A stretch of 48,087 bases of DNA from NCBI GenBank assembly GCA_030689795.1, contig JAUYEO010000182.1, positions 1 through 48,087 on the forward strand, written 5' to 3'. The notes under the pieces are model-generated. The model saw only the letters and a program-made list of their open reading frames with translations, ran no database searches and had not been told where the DNA came from. This DNA comes from Desulfobacterales bacterium. GTDB taxonomy: Bacteria; Desulfobacterota; Desulfobacteria; Desulfobacterales; RPRI01. The position numbers and the translations under genes are program-made. Positions 1 through 7,615 of this stretch are shown here, in pieces. Each line of letters opens with the position of its first letter. Positions within the stretch are counted from its first letter, which is position 1.

Positions 1-512
1 GCCAGGTAATCCAGTGTTTCTCGTAATGCTTCTCTGAGGTCAGTTGCAGGTCCTCTCCACGACAAACGTTGCTCGGCATAAAGATCCTGAAGAGCCTGTT
101 GATAGGAAAAAGCTGCAGAAGGGACGATTTGGCTTAATGTCTGAATAATCATAGTATCCACATGGTTGTCCGCATGAGGATCAGTGCTGGAAGACGGTGA
201 AGTAACAATTCGAGTGTCGAGAAGAATAAGGCCGTTTTTTGCCTTTGACAAAAGCGTTTGGTAGCGCTTGACCCCACCTCGCTTGTGGCAGAGCACAAGC
301 AGCTCTTGCATAAGAGTGTCCACATTACTGATATATTCATCTTGTTCAGACGCTCCCAAGAGAAGAGGCCGCACAGAATTGAAGTATTCCACGACCAGTG
401 CACGGAGGCATTCTCTCTTTTTCTGGGAGTTAATCTGTACTGAATTGACTTTGTTTAAGCCTCTTCTTGTCTGTTCAAGTTTCAGGATAAAATCTGGGAC
501 GTTGACGGGCAT
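1..512 (-). CDS. Partial CDS (runs off window start): putative HEPN-like / 'pPIWI-associating nuclease' family protein
   Basis: Not in the ORF track because it has no stop in the window. Manual translation from ATG 512 is open to base 1: MPVNVPDFILKLEQTRRG...PSAAFSYQQALQDLYAEQRLSWRGPATDLREALRETLDYLA. The ATG directly follows the upstream stop (TAGATG). The C-terminal helical motif resembles pP_pnuc_1/HEPN-like proteins from memory. Confidence 0.6.
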   Translation of the reverse strand, partial: MPVNVPDFILKLEQTRRGLNKVNSVQINSQKKRECLRALVVEYFNSVRPLLLGASEQDEYISNVDTLMQELLVLCHKRGGVKRYQTLLSKAKNGLILLDTRIVTSPSSSTDPHADNHVDTMIIQTLSQIVPSAAFSYQQALQDLYAEQRLSWRGPATDLREALRETLDYL

Positions 513-1025
513 CTAATCCCCTTTGTTTGAAGGAAGATTATGCGCTACTAGGTTGTATCCAACAGCATTCAGGGCGTATGCTCCTTTGCCCGATGCGGTT
601 TCAAAATAGCCAGCTACCTTGGCATCAGGCAGGATTTGCCCTATGGTCTTCGGAAGCTTGAACCCAGCCTGCTTGAAATACTTCGTTAGGTCTTGGGCAT
701 TTACCGTTTCACTTCTTTCACTTTCCGGTGCTAATTCGCGCAGATAATACGCAACTACACATGCCATTTGTCGCGCCGATTTTGGTTGTTTCTGCTCCTT
801 GAGAGTTCTGATGTCTATTGTAAGTGGATTTGGAGCAGAGGTGCCCTGCAGGGGAGGTATAGGAACTTGAGGCATAGTGTGCTGTGGCGCGTTTACAAGA
901 GCATTGATGCCAAGATGCGAAGATGCTGCCTCTAATGCAGTCTTTCTTGCACCAGGCTCCAAAGAATCCAACGCGCTGATTATCTGATCAATTGCTTGTC
1001 CGAGTGTTAGTTTCTTTTCAGTCAT
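513..1025 (-). CDS. Hypothetical protein, probable winged-helix C-terminal domain
   Basis: 170 aa ORF with AGGAGG RBS; C-terminal VVAYYL...DLTKYFKQAGFKLP...GYF...YALNAVG pattern typical of small wHTH proteins. Confidence 0.6.
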   Translation of the reverse strand: MTEKKLTLGQAIDQIISALDSLEPGARKTALEAASSHLGINALVNAPQHTMPQVPIPPLQGTSAPNPLTIDIRTLKEQKQPKSARQMACVVAYYLRELAPESERSETVNAQDLTKYFKQAGFKLPKTIGQILPDAKVAGYFETASGKGAYALNAVGYNLVAHNLPSNKGD

Positions 1026-1050
1026 TACTACCTCCTTTTCATTTTCTATG

Positions 1051-1201
1051 GCCGAACAAGTTATTTTACAGTTTCCAGATAACTTCGAGGCTGGACAATG
1101 TCGATTTATCTGTTGTCTTCGCGATTAATGGTTGACTCGCCCGTCAGATACGACATAAATATTTTAAATAATACATAATATTAAGACAATTATTTTGCAA
1201 C
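1051..1201 (-). repeat. attI/Pc-like element, copy 1
   Basis: Near-identical to 3240-3410. On the minus strand it ends GGAAACTGTAAAATAACTT-GTTCGGC and similarity with copy 2 stops after GTTC. It contains TTGTCT-N17-TAAAAT facing the downstream genes and an internal hairpin. Confidence 0.6.
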
Positions 1202-1392
1202 TATTAATTCCCGGCATCCCGGTAAAACCGGTTTCACAGGAAATTTATCAAGCAACAGTCAATTTCACTGATAATGTGCTGGAAAACACCAGGTGTTTAA
1301 AGGCGGGCTGTTTCCGGCATTTGATCCTGCAAATATAAAAGCTGATATCAGTAAAGTTATTTACAATTGAACATCCCGGATATCCGGCTGGT

Positions 1393-1779
1393 TCATGTTA
1401 TGTTAATGATATGGTTATTAAGCCAGGCAGTAAATTCTTCGCGACCAAGTTTCCCATTCGCGAGATCAAGGATAATTCGCTCTTGTTCATCTACTGATGC
1501 CTCAATTTCAAATCCATTAAGAATTAAAAAGGTTTCCATTGCGGCATGACCGACTCTTTTATTACCATCAATAAAGGGGTGGTTCATAACTATGAAGAAA
1601 CAAAGTGCGGCAGCTTTAGCAAGAATATCTGGATAAAGATCTGTGCGGTCAAATGTAGTGCGGGGTTGATTTATTGCGGATTCCAGGGTATGCATATCGC
1701 GAATTCCCCTTGCCCCACCGGAAACTTCAATAATCCTATCGTGTAATTCAAGAATTTCACGAAGAGAAAGGTGGCGCAT
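1393..1779 (-). CDS. doc: Type II TA toxin, death-on-curing (Doc/Fic) family
   Basis: Fic motif HPFIDGNKRVG; 128 aa; overlaps the upstream small gene by 1 nt. Confidence 0.92.
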   Translation of the reverse strand: MRHLSLREILELHDRIIEVSGGARGIRDMHTLESAINQPRTTFDRTDLYPDILAKAAALCFFIVMNHPFIDGNKRVGHAAMETFLILNGFEIEASVDEQERIILDLANGKLGREEFTAWLNNHIINIT

Positions 1780-1976
1780 CAGGCCAACCGTTTATAAAGT
1801 TCTTTATTCTTTGAAAGAACTTTCTGCACGGCTTCGTCAAATGCCGATTCAGGCTGACCAATTAAATCCTCAATCGAAGCGGTTACAAACTGACTTGGCA
1901 ACAAGCCGAACTTCTCGGCCATTTTCTGTAGCAATGCGGCCTTGGAATCATCTATTTCAACTGTTATTCTTGCCAT
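1779..1976 (-). CDS. Putative antitoxin partner of Doc
   Basis: Small ORF MARITVEID...VLSKNKELYKRLA; the C-terminal ELYxRLA tail is typical of Doc partners; coupled to doc; upstream TTGGAA-N17-TATACT promoter-like sequence. Confidence 0.8.
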   Translation of the reverse strand: MARITVEIDDSKAALLQKMAEKFGLLPSQFVTASIEDLIGQPESAFDEAVQKVLSKNKELYKRLA

Positions 1977-2200
1977 ATTTAATTCCCCCATCTGTTCTGT
2001 AGGTAAGTATAGCTTAAGTTTTCAATTTTTCCAAGCAAGCATCCATATGGGAACGTTCATCAATATATAAGTTGATCATGTTTCAAAACTCAATTTCAGC
2101 TCTTCTGCCTGTATCAGGCCACATGCGACAGCCATACTAACTCTCCGAATAAGTTTAATAAAAAGCAAATCATAAATTTATAAAAGGCATGTTTAAAGAT

Positions 2201-2264
2201 GAATAACACGGAATAAAAAGAAATGCGGCAGCTTTTTTTGTCAACCTTAATTCGGTGGTTATAT
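2201..2264 (-). mobile_element. attC-like site (partly degenerate)
   Basis: Minus strand ATATAAC-CACCGAAT...ATTCCGT-GTTATTC: AAC/GTT cores in an imperfect inverted repeat, beginning 4 nt after the stop of 2269..2607. Confidence 0.6.
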
Positions 2265-2268
2265 GATC

Positions 2269-2607
2269 TCAAATGTTCAATGCCTGCTTAATATCGTTCC
2301 TTAAATCCTCAGTGAAATTCTCTAAATCCAAATCACTCAACATCCCATGTCGATACATTAGGTACAAATACCCTTTCATTCCTGATCTTGAATGTCCGTC
2401 AAGACAGCTTTCCAGAATTTTTCTTTCCTTTTTCATTCTCTCTCTGGCATCCCAAAATCGTTCTGTCGGTGTTCGGCCTTCATCCATAAAAATCGCAACG
2501 ATTTCTTTATTCTTTTCTGTCAGATAGCGTTCACGTAGTTCTGGAACCATACTCTGAAAAGTTTTCCAATCAGATTTAATTAGTTTCCCTTCCATTTTCC
2601 TCACCAT
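2269..2607 (-). CDS. Hypothetical protein (cassette-like; start may be 2595)
   Basis: 112 aa ORF with SDWKTF...ELRERYL; immediately followed by an attC-like site. Confidence 0.7.
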   Translation of the reverse strand: MVRKMEGKLIKSDWKTFQSMVPELRERYLTEKNKEIVAIFMDEGRTPTERFWDARERMKKERKILESCLDGHSRSGMKGYLYLMYRHGMLSDLDLENFTEDLRNDIKQALNI

Positions 2608-2652
2608 ATAAACGCTTGAGCCGCGAGAGAATAGCCGCTTGCTTCACTTTGC

Positions 2653-2943
2653 TCACTCCCTGTCCATCCAGTAGTCTGGGTGACGTCGAAGGTCGGCAAC
2701 TGCGATGATGCTTACGAAGCCGGACTTGACTTGATAAATGACGCCAAATGGGAACCGGTTGACAAGGCAGCGACGGGTATTCCTGGACATTGGCGACCAC
2801 GCCTCAGGGTATTGGATAATGCGGTAAATAGTTGAGTAAACTTCTTGGGCAAACTCTATACCGAGGCCATGCCGGCAGTCTTCATAGTATTCAACAGCCT
2901 TGTCAAATTCAGTTTCAGCATGTTTGTGGAAAAAGAATTTCAT
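2653..2943 (-). CDS. Type II TA toxin, RelE/ParE family
   Basis: AETEFDKAVEYYE...GLGIEF...RRCLVNRFPFGVIY...IIAVADLRRHPDYW; ATGA overlap with the antitoxin. Confidence 0.9.
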   Translation of the reverse strand: MKFFFHKHAETEFDKAVEYYEDCRHGLGIEFAQEVYSTIYRIIQYPEAWSPMSRNTRRCLVNRFPFGVIYQVKSGFVSIIAVADLRRHPDYWMDRE

Positions 2944-3173
2944 TTCCCGTGCTTTGCTCGAATTTTTGCGAAAACTTCTTCACCGGGGACCAGCTCAGCC
3001 TTTCCTTCCTCAATTTGGGATACGCGACGTTCCGCTTCTTCTGCCCAAAGGCGATCGATTTCCTCATCGACTGGAAGGTTGAGGCTCGTAAGAAGCTTCT
3101 CAACCAAGCTTATACGGACATCTGACGGAAGGGATAGGGCTTCTTCAACAACTCTGTCATTTGTTGATGTCAT
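2940..3173 (-). CDS. Putative addiction module antitoxin component
   Basis: EALSLPSDVRISLVEKLLTSL...IDRLWAEEAERRV...G...VPGEEVF, typical of the TIGR02574-type addiction module component. Confidence 0.88.
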   Translation of the reverse strand: MTSTNDRVVEEALSLPSDVRISLVEKLLTSLNLPVDEEIDRLWAEEAERRVSQIEEGKAELVPGEEVFAKIRAKHGK

Positions 3174-3239
3174 AGTATTTCTCCTTTACTGGACTATTTA
3201 AACATACATCACAAGGTAAGGCAATACTGATCCATAAGA

Positions 3240-3410
3240 GCAGAACAAGTTATTCTACAGTTTCCAGATAACTCCACTACCAACAAGATACCTTCAGGGC
3301 GGGACAATGTCGATTTATCTGTTGTCTTCGCGATTCATGGCTGACCCGCCCGGTAGATACGACATAACCATATTAAATAATACATAATATCTTGACAATT
3401 ATTTTGCAAC
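3240..3410 (-). repeat. attI/Pc-like element, copy 2
   Basis: Near-identical to 1051-1201 with ~20 extra bp; the minus strand ends GGAAACTGTAGAATAACTT-GTTCTGC and contains TTGTCA-N17-TAATAT. Confidence 0.6.
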
Positions 3411-3467
3411 CATCTATTTCCATCATCTATTTCCAGCATCATAGACATCCATGAAACTCCCTTCCGC

Positions 3468-4841
3468 TTACGATAATAAAAATTTTATATAATTCAATTT
3501 GTTCTTATACGGCGGATAGGGGATGGTTGGATTGAAAATGGTCGTTTTCTGTAAAATTGACCGGTGATGACTGAAAGCGTCGAAACTGAATTTGCCGTGA
3601 TAGCAACCCATGCCGCTGTTCCCGACACCACCGAAGGGCAGCCTGGGATTCGATACGTGCATCATGGTGTCGTTAATGCAGCCGCCGCCTGATGATGTCG
3701 ATGACAAAAGAATATCCCTTTTGGCTTTTGAAGAAGTGAAAAAGTACATGGCCAGGGGTTTTTCATGCCTGTTGATCATGGAGATCACATCTTCGAGACG
3801 GGTAAACTCCAGCACCGGAAGCAGTGGTCCGAAAATCTCTTCCTGCATGATGGGATCAGTATAGTTGATGTTATCGATGATCGTCGGCTCGATATACCGG
3901 TCGGTCCTGTTCACTCTTCCGCCGTGAATTATGGTTCCGGCCGAATGCATGAGCTTTTCCAGACGATCAAATTGCCGGTCGTTTATAATTCTTCCGAAAT
4001 CGGGACTCTGTTCGGGATCATCGCCGTAGAAGCTCTTTATACAGCCGCTGATTTTTAACAGCAGTTTATCCTTTACCTCCCTGTGTACAAAGAGGTGGTC
4101 GGGAGCAATGCAGGTTTGGCCGGAATTTAAGAATTTGCCGAAACAGATGCGCCGGGCCGCGATATCGAGATCGGCATCCTGTTCAACAATGCAGGGGCTT
4201 TTCCCTCCCAGTTCCAATATGATCGGCGTCAGGTGTTTGGACGCCTTTTCCATGACGATTTTTCCGAGAGGGGGACTTCCGGTGAAAAAAATTAAATCGA
4301 AGCGCTGATCCAGAACGGCCTGGTTGACATTTCGATCACCGGTAATAACACTGACGTATTCCGGAGGAAAAATTTCAGTTAAAAGCTTCTTAATTATATT
4401 CGATACATTTGCGGAATAATGAGCCGGTTTCATCATGACGCAGTTTCCGGCCGATAATGCCCCGACCAAGGGCAGCAGCGCGAGCTGAAGCGGGTAATTC
4501 CAGGGCGACATGATTAGAACGACTCCGTAGGGTTCGTGCAGTATCCGGCTGGTGGAATAAAAATTCAGCATGTCGGTTGAGATTCTCGTGGGTTTTGCCC
4601 ACTTATTCAGTTTTTTCAGGTGATGTTTGATTTCCTTTAATATCATACCGATCTCGGTGCCGAATACTTCCAGTTTAGGTTTTCTTAAATCCTCCCAGAA
4701 GGCGTCGTAGATTTCGTTTTCGTATCTTAATAACGCATCCTGAAGTTTTTTCAGGCTGTCGCGCCGGAATTCGATATCGATGGTTTTTCCTGTTTGAAAA
4801 AAATCGCGATGCTCCTTTACTGCTTTTGATATTAAATCCAT
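3468..4841 (-). CDS. NAD(P)-dependent aldehyde dehydrogenase (class 3-like)
   Basis: Motifs SPWNYP, FTGS, LELGGKSP, GQTCIAPD (catalytic Cys), EEIFGP, PFGGVGNSG. Confidence 0.95.
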   Translation of the reverse strand: MDLISKAVKEHRDFFQTGKTIDIEFRRDSLKKLQDALLRYENEIYDAFWEDLRKPKLEVFGTEIGMILKEIKHHLKKLNKWAKPTRISTDMLNFYSTSRILHEPYGVVLIMSPWNYPLQLALLPLVGALSAGNCVMMKPAHYSANVSNIIKKLLTEIFPPEYVSVITGDRNVNQAVLDQRFDLIFFTGSPPLGKIVMEKASKHLTPIILELGGKSPCIVEQDADLDIAARRICFGKFLNSGQTCIAPDHLFVHREVKDKLLLKISGCIKSFYGDDPEQSPDFGRIINDRQFDRLEKLMHSAGTIIHGGRVNRTDRYIEPTIIDNINYTDPIMQEEIFGPLLPVLEFTRLEDVISMINRHEKPLAMYFFTSSKAKRDILLSSTSSGGGCINDTMMHVSNPRLPFGGVGNSGMGCYHGKFSFDAFSHHRSILQKTTIFNPTIPYPPYKNKLNYIKFLLS

Positions 4842-4995
4842 ACTGATATTACTCCATTGTTTTTATGTATTGTCGGATAATATTCCGTCTCGCCTTCTAT
4901 ATCATCTTATATTCCTTCTATATTTTATCTGTATATTCTTGACAAGTATCATTTGCATTTGTATCTTTTTCCCGGTTATTATGTAATGATGATTG

Positions 4996-5023
4996 AAGGG
5001 TTCCAAGGTTCAAGGGTTCAAGT
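4996..5023 (+). repeat. Short tandem 8-mer repeat (AAGGGTTC-like x3)
   Basis: AAGGGTTC CAAGGTTC AAGGGTTC AAGT; the same unit recurs at 47208-47246. Confidence 0.7.
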
Positions 5024-5049
5024 AACAAGAAGTGAAGCATCAGCGCTCA

Positions 5050-5115
5050 ATGATGAATAATTCAAAGAATTAAAGGTTTGGCAAAAAGTCCTTTCAACCA
5101 TGCTTGGGGATTTAT
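5050..5115 (+). pseudogene. Remnant of the N-terminus of a four-helix-bundle (23S rRNA IVS-type) protein gene
   Basis: Two frameshifts restore MMNN-FKELKVWQK-SFQPCLGIY, matching the family start 'F+EL+VWQKS..L...IY'; preceded by 8-mer tandem repeats. Confidence 0.55.
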
Positions 5116-5162
5116 GGGGCGCAGAAAGGTATGGAAGAAGAACCTAAAATAATAAACAGAAT

Positions 5163-5387
5163 ATGACAGTCTCGACGCTTAACTCTTCATACAGGCAAAA
5201 GCGCGAAAAAGCCGTGGAAAGCAATTGCAACTGCTGCAACAAGGCGGCTCCTTTCTGCTGGAGATGCAGGTGCGGGTTTGCCATATGCCAGGACTGCATG
5301 GAAGAAAATTTCTGGGGAATGTCATGCAACGGAATTACATGGCAGTGTCCGGACTGCGGGAGCCAGAATGGTCTCGGAAATCAGTAA
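5163..5387 (+). CDS. Small cysteine-rich (probable Zn-binding) hypothetical protein
   Basis: 74 aa with CNCC, CWRCRCG, CQDC and WQCPDCG motifs. Confidence 0.75.
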   Translation: MTVSTLNSSYRQKREKAVESNCNCCNKAAPFCWRCRCGFAICQDCMEENFWGMSCNGITWQCPDCGSQNGLGNQ

Positions 5388-5404
5388 AAACTTGACCCGG
5401 AACA

Positions 5405-5896
5405 CTAGTCCAGATCCAACTTCACCTTACACTGATTACATATTACAACGCCCCGAAAAACTTTATTGCCGCATTCGGGACAAATATAGCGGGCTTCTTC
5501 ATCTTGAATCCACTTTTCAGTACCGACCTCTCGCCAGTACGGAATAACCCGCAAGATTACCTTTTTACCAATAGTCATGGGGAAATTATCAATATGCCGA
5601 CAGGGAAATTCATCGCACTCGTGACATCCGGTGTAACCTTTTTCTTTGGCGCATGCCCTGATCTTACAATGCTTGCAATGCATAAACTGATCACCAGATA
5701 AGCACCCGTGGCATCGTATATCTTCTGCTGAAATATTCTCACTATTGGGAAGAGTGCCCTTGCCGGGAACTCCTCCCTTGTAAAGCCCCACTAACCTCTC
5801 CTTAAGTTTATGATTATTATCACGATTTGCTATATAAATGGCACAGACTCCACAATAAAGTCCACAAGGAGAAATAAAATCCGGATTTATATTCAT
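5405..5896 (-). CDS. DUF3795-family cysteine-rich protein with C-terminal Zn ribbon
   Basis: PCGLYCGVC...CHGC...CKHCKIRAC...GCHECDEFPC...CPECG...CNQC. Confidence 0.85.
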   Translation of the reverse strand: MNINPDFISPCGLYCGVCAIYIANRDNNHKLKERLVGLYKGGVPGKGTLPNSENISAEDIRCHGCLSGDQFMHCKHCKIRACAKEKGYTGCHECDEFPCRHIDNFPMTIGKKVILRVIPYWREVGTEKWIQDEEARYICPECGNKVFRGVVICNQCKVKLDLD

Positions 5897-5936
5897 AATT
5901 CCAATCCTGTTGATTTATCATTTTCTTATATTACAA

Positions 5937-6025
5937 AAGCAATGACAAAAGCTGAGCAGGCGGCTTGCAACGTTCCCTATGAAAAACCGAAAGTAATCCC
6001 GCTCTGCTCCAGCGACATGTTGACG
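5937..6025 (-). mobile_element. attC-like site (distal core mutated)
   Basis: Minus strand CGTCAAC-ATGTCGCTGGAGCAG...CTGCTCAGCTTTTGTC-ATTGCTT; inner GCTG(G)AGCAG/CTGCTCAGC repeat with one extra base; begins right after the corrected RelE stop; ATT stands where GTT is expected. Confidence 0.55.
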
Positions 6026-6026
6026 C

Positions 6027-6316
6027 TCATAACCCTGGTTCCTTTGGAAGGCGTGCACCATGCCGCACCGCAACGATCCAAATGATATCCTTTTTGGTTT
6101 TATAAAAAAACGGTATGGCGATATGATCACCTCCCGGTAGGGAAGCTCTGGAAACTCCGGTATGCTTCTACCGGATTCAGGTAAGTCCTCAAGCCTTCGT
6201 AAAACTCTTTCGGTTCGATCCCGAAAACCGGCTGCCGCTGATGGTTTATCCCGCCGAATATATGCGAGTGCAGACAGAAACTGGTTTCTGGCAGAAGGCG
6301 TAAAACGAATTTTCAC
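6027..6316 (-). pseudogene. RelE/ParE toxin, frameshifted in a T7 tract
   Basis: MKIRFTPSARNQF...YREVIISPYRFF; adding one T at 6104-6110 gives YKTKKDIIWIVAVRHGARLPKEPGL* with a stop at 6027. Confidence 0.8.
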
Positions 6317-6594
6317 GACGGCTCCTGGGATAGGAGTAAATCGGCTTCAGCAAGAACAGTATCTATATCATAGCCATCGCCTGTTTCTATTTCCCTATCT
6401 CCCTTAGCCAAAAGATGCAGAATCTCTTTATCGTGTTCAGATTTCTCATACGCCTCGACACCGATTATAACGGCAGCCGCTCGCCCTCTTTGCGTAATGA
6501 TAATGGAGTTCTTGTTATCTCGTAATTGTTTCAGGACCTTGGCAGCGTCCTGCCTCAAATTGCTTACCGGAAGGATATTTATAAGCTTTCCCAT
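6313..6594 (-). CDS. Phd/YefM family antitoxin
   Basis: ILPVSNLRQDAAKVLKQL...IIITQRGRAAAVII; GTGA overlap with the toxin. Confidence 0.9.
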   Translation of the reverse strand: MGKLINILPVSNLRQDAAKVLKQLRDNKNSIIITQRGRAAAVIIGVEAYEKSEHDKEILHLLAKGDREIETGDGYDIDTVLAEADLLLSQEPS

Positions 6595-6864
6595 TGTGTA
6601 CCCCCTATTGTATTTTTACACGTACCATCAAATGAAGTATAAAGCAAGCGGTTGCTTGAATACTGTAACCTTTTTTTGGCTGTTCAAAAAAAGGTATCCA
6701 ACCAAAAGTCGTAACAAACGGGTTACTTGTCAAAACGTCAATGTCAAAACGGAAATATTATTTAACTTTACTCCAATCTATGAGAGATTTTTTTCTTGAC
6801 AACCTAAGGCCATATAGATGTTACCCGTCAATTCCGAGTCTTATGAAATTTTTCCAAAAAAAAC

Positions 6865-6917
6865 TTGACATGACCCAATCTTGGTTTTATATTTAAGCCG
6901 TTGCTTAATCACTTAAT
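6865..6917 (+). promoter_or_regulatory. Sigma70 promoter with overlapping putative ArsR operator
   Basis: TTGACA (6865-6870)-N17-TATATT (6888-6893), overlapped by the inverted repeat TTAAG-N6-CTTAA plus a further CTTAA half-site. Confidence 0.75.
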
Positions 6918-6934
6918 TATGGTATTGTTGCCCT

Positions 6935-7348
6935 ATGAAAATAGAACCTTCCGAGATATTTAAAGTGTTGAGCGTGGAAACACGCGTTAAAATAATCGAG
7001 CTACTTAAAGGCCAGGGACCTTTAGGTACTAAGGATATTGCAGCAACGATCGGCATAACAACTGCGGCCGTATCCCAACACCTCAAAATATTAAAACAAG
7101 CTGGTCTTGTCAGAAGCGAGAGGAAAGGATACTGGATACCATATTCGATAGATGAAAAAGCAATGGAAAATTGCCGGGAAATATTGAATGAAGTTTGCAC
7201 GTGCGGATGCCAAGGAACAGGAAAATTTAGAGAATCCGAATCGGAAAGATCGAATTTGGAATCCCTGAAAAAGTATGAGGAAGAACTCAGAAATGAGATT
7301 AGTGCCGTACGACAAAGGTTAAAAGAACTGGAGTCCATGAAAAGGTAG
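6935..7348 (+). CDS. ArsR/SmtB family transcriptional regulator with CTCGC motif and C-terminal coiled coil
   Basis: FKVLSVETRVKIIELL...AVSQHLKILKQAGLVRSERKGYWIPYSI; followed by VCTCGC and a heptad-like tail. Confidence 0.92.
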   Translation: MKIEPSEIFKVLSVETRVKIIELLKGQGPLGTKDIAATIGITTAAVSQHLKILKQAGLVRSERKGYWIPYSIDEKAMENCREILNEVCTCGCQGTGKFRESESERSNLESLKKYEEELRNEISAVRQRLKELESMKR

Positions 7349-7367
7349 GCAATTTTTTTTGCCCAAA

Positions 7368-7394
7368 TATTTAAGTTGTTACTTAATTACTTAA
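7368..7394 (+). promoter_or_regulatory. Second copy of the putative ArsR operator
   Basis: TATTTAAGTTGTTACTTAATTACTTAA matches 6890-6916 at 23 of 27 positions. Confidence 0.7.
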
Positions 7395-7414
7395 ACAGAA
7401 AGGAGGTGATCAAG

Positions 7415-7516
7415 ATGGCAGAGAAAAAGAACGTCTGCGGTTGTGGCTGTATTCCGCTGAAGCAAGCCAGTGAAAAGCCAGTCAAAGACAAAAAGGACGA
7501 CAAGAAATCTAAGTAG
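7415..7516 (+). CDS. 33-aa Cys/Lys-rich peptide MAEKKNVCGCGCIPLKQASEKPVKDKKDDKKSK
   Basis: Below the ORF-track cut-off; strong Shine-Dalgarno AGGAGGTGA (7401-7409) 5 nt before the ATG; followed by a hairpin. Confidence 0.75.
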   Translation: MAEKKNVCGCGCIPLKQASEKPVKDKKDDKKSK

Positions 7517-7538
7517 GTAGAAGGTTTTATGGCACCGG

Positions 7539-7581
7539 CAAGGGGGATGGGAGTGTTAAGAAAAATTTCTGTCCCCTTTTG
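7539..7581 (+). terminator. Possible intrinsic terminator/attenuator after the peptide gene
   Basis: AAGGGGGATGGGAG...TTTCTGTCCCCTTTT can pair (several G-U pairs) and is followed by T-rich sequence. Confidence 0.4.
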
Positions 7582-7615
7582 TCTGTTTGCAGAACTTTTC
7601 GAACGGAGGTGCAAA

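Noticed and set aside
1368-1397. Small inverted repeat TGAAC...CCGGATATCCGG...GTTCA at the end of doc
   Set aside because: It has AAC/GTT ends but at ~30 bp is too short for an attC; at most a collapsed remnant or a terminator
2608-2652. Possible attC half-site between the RelE toxin and the hypothetical gene (GCGGCTCAAGCGTTTAT on the minus strand)
   Set aside because: Only the distal half resembles attC; there is no proximal AAC arm
5918-6026. C-terminal part of the 132-aa ORF in the track
   Set aside because: Artefact of the frameshift; it reads through the attC-like site
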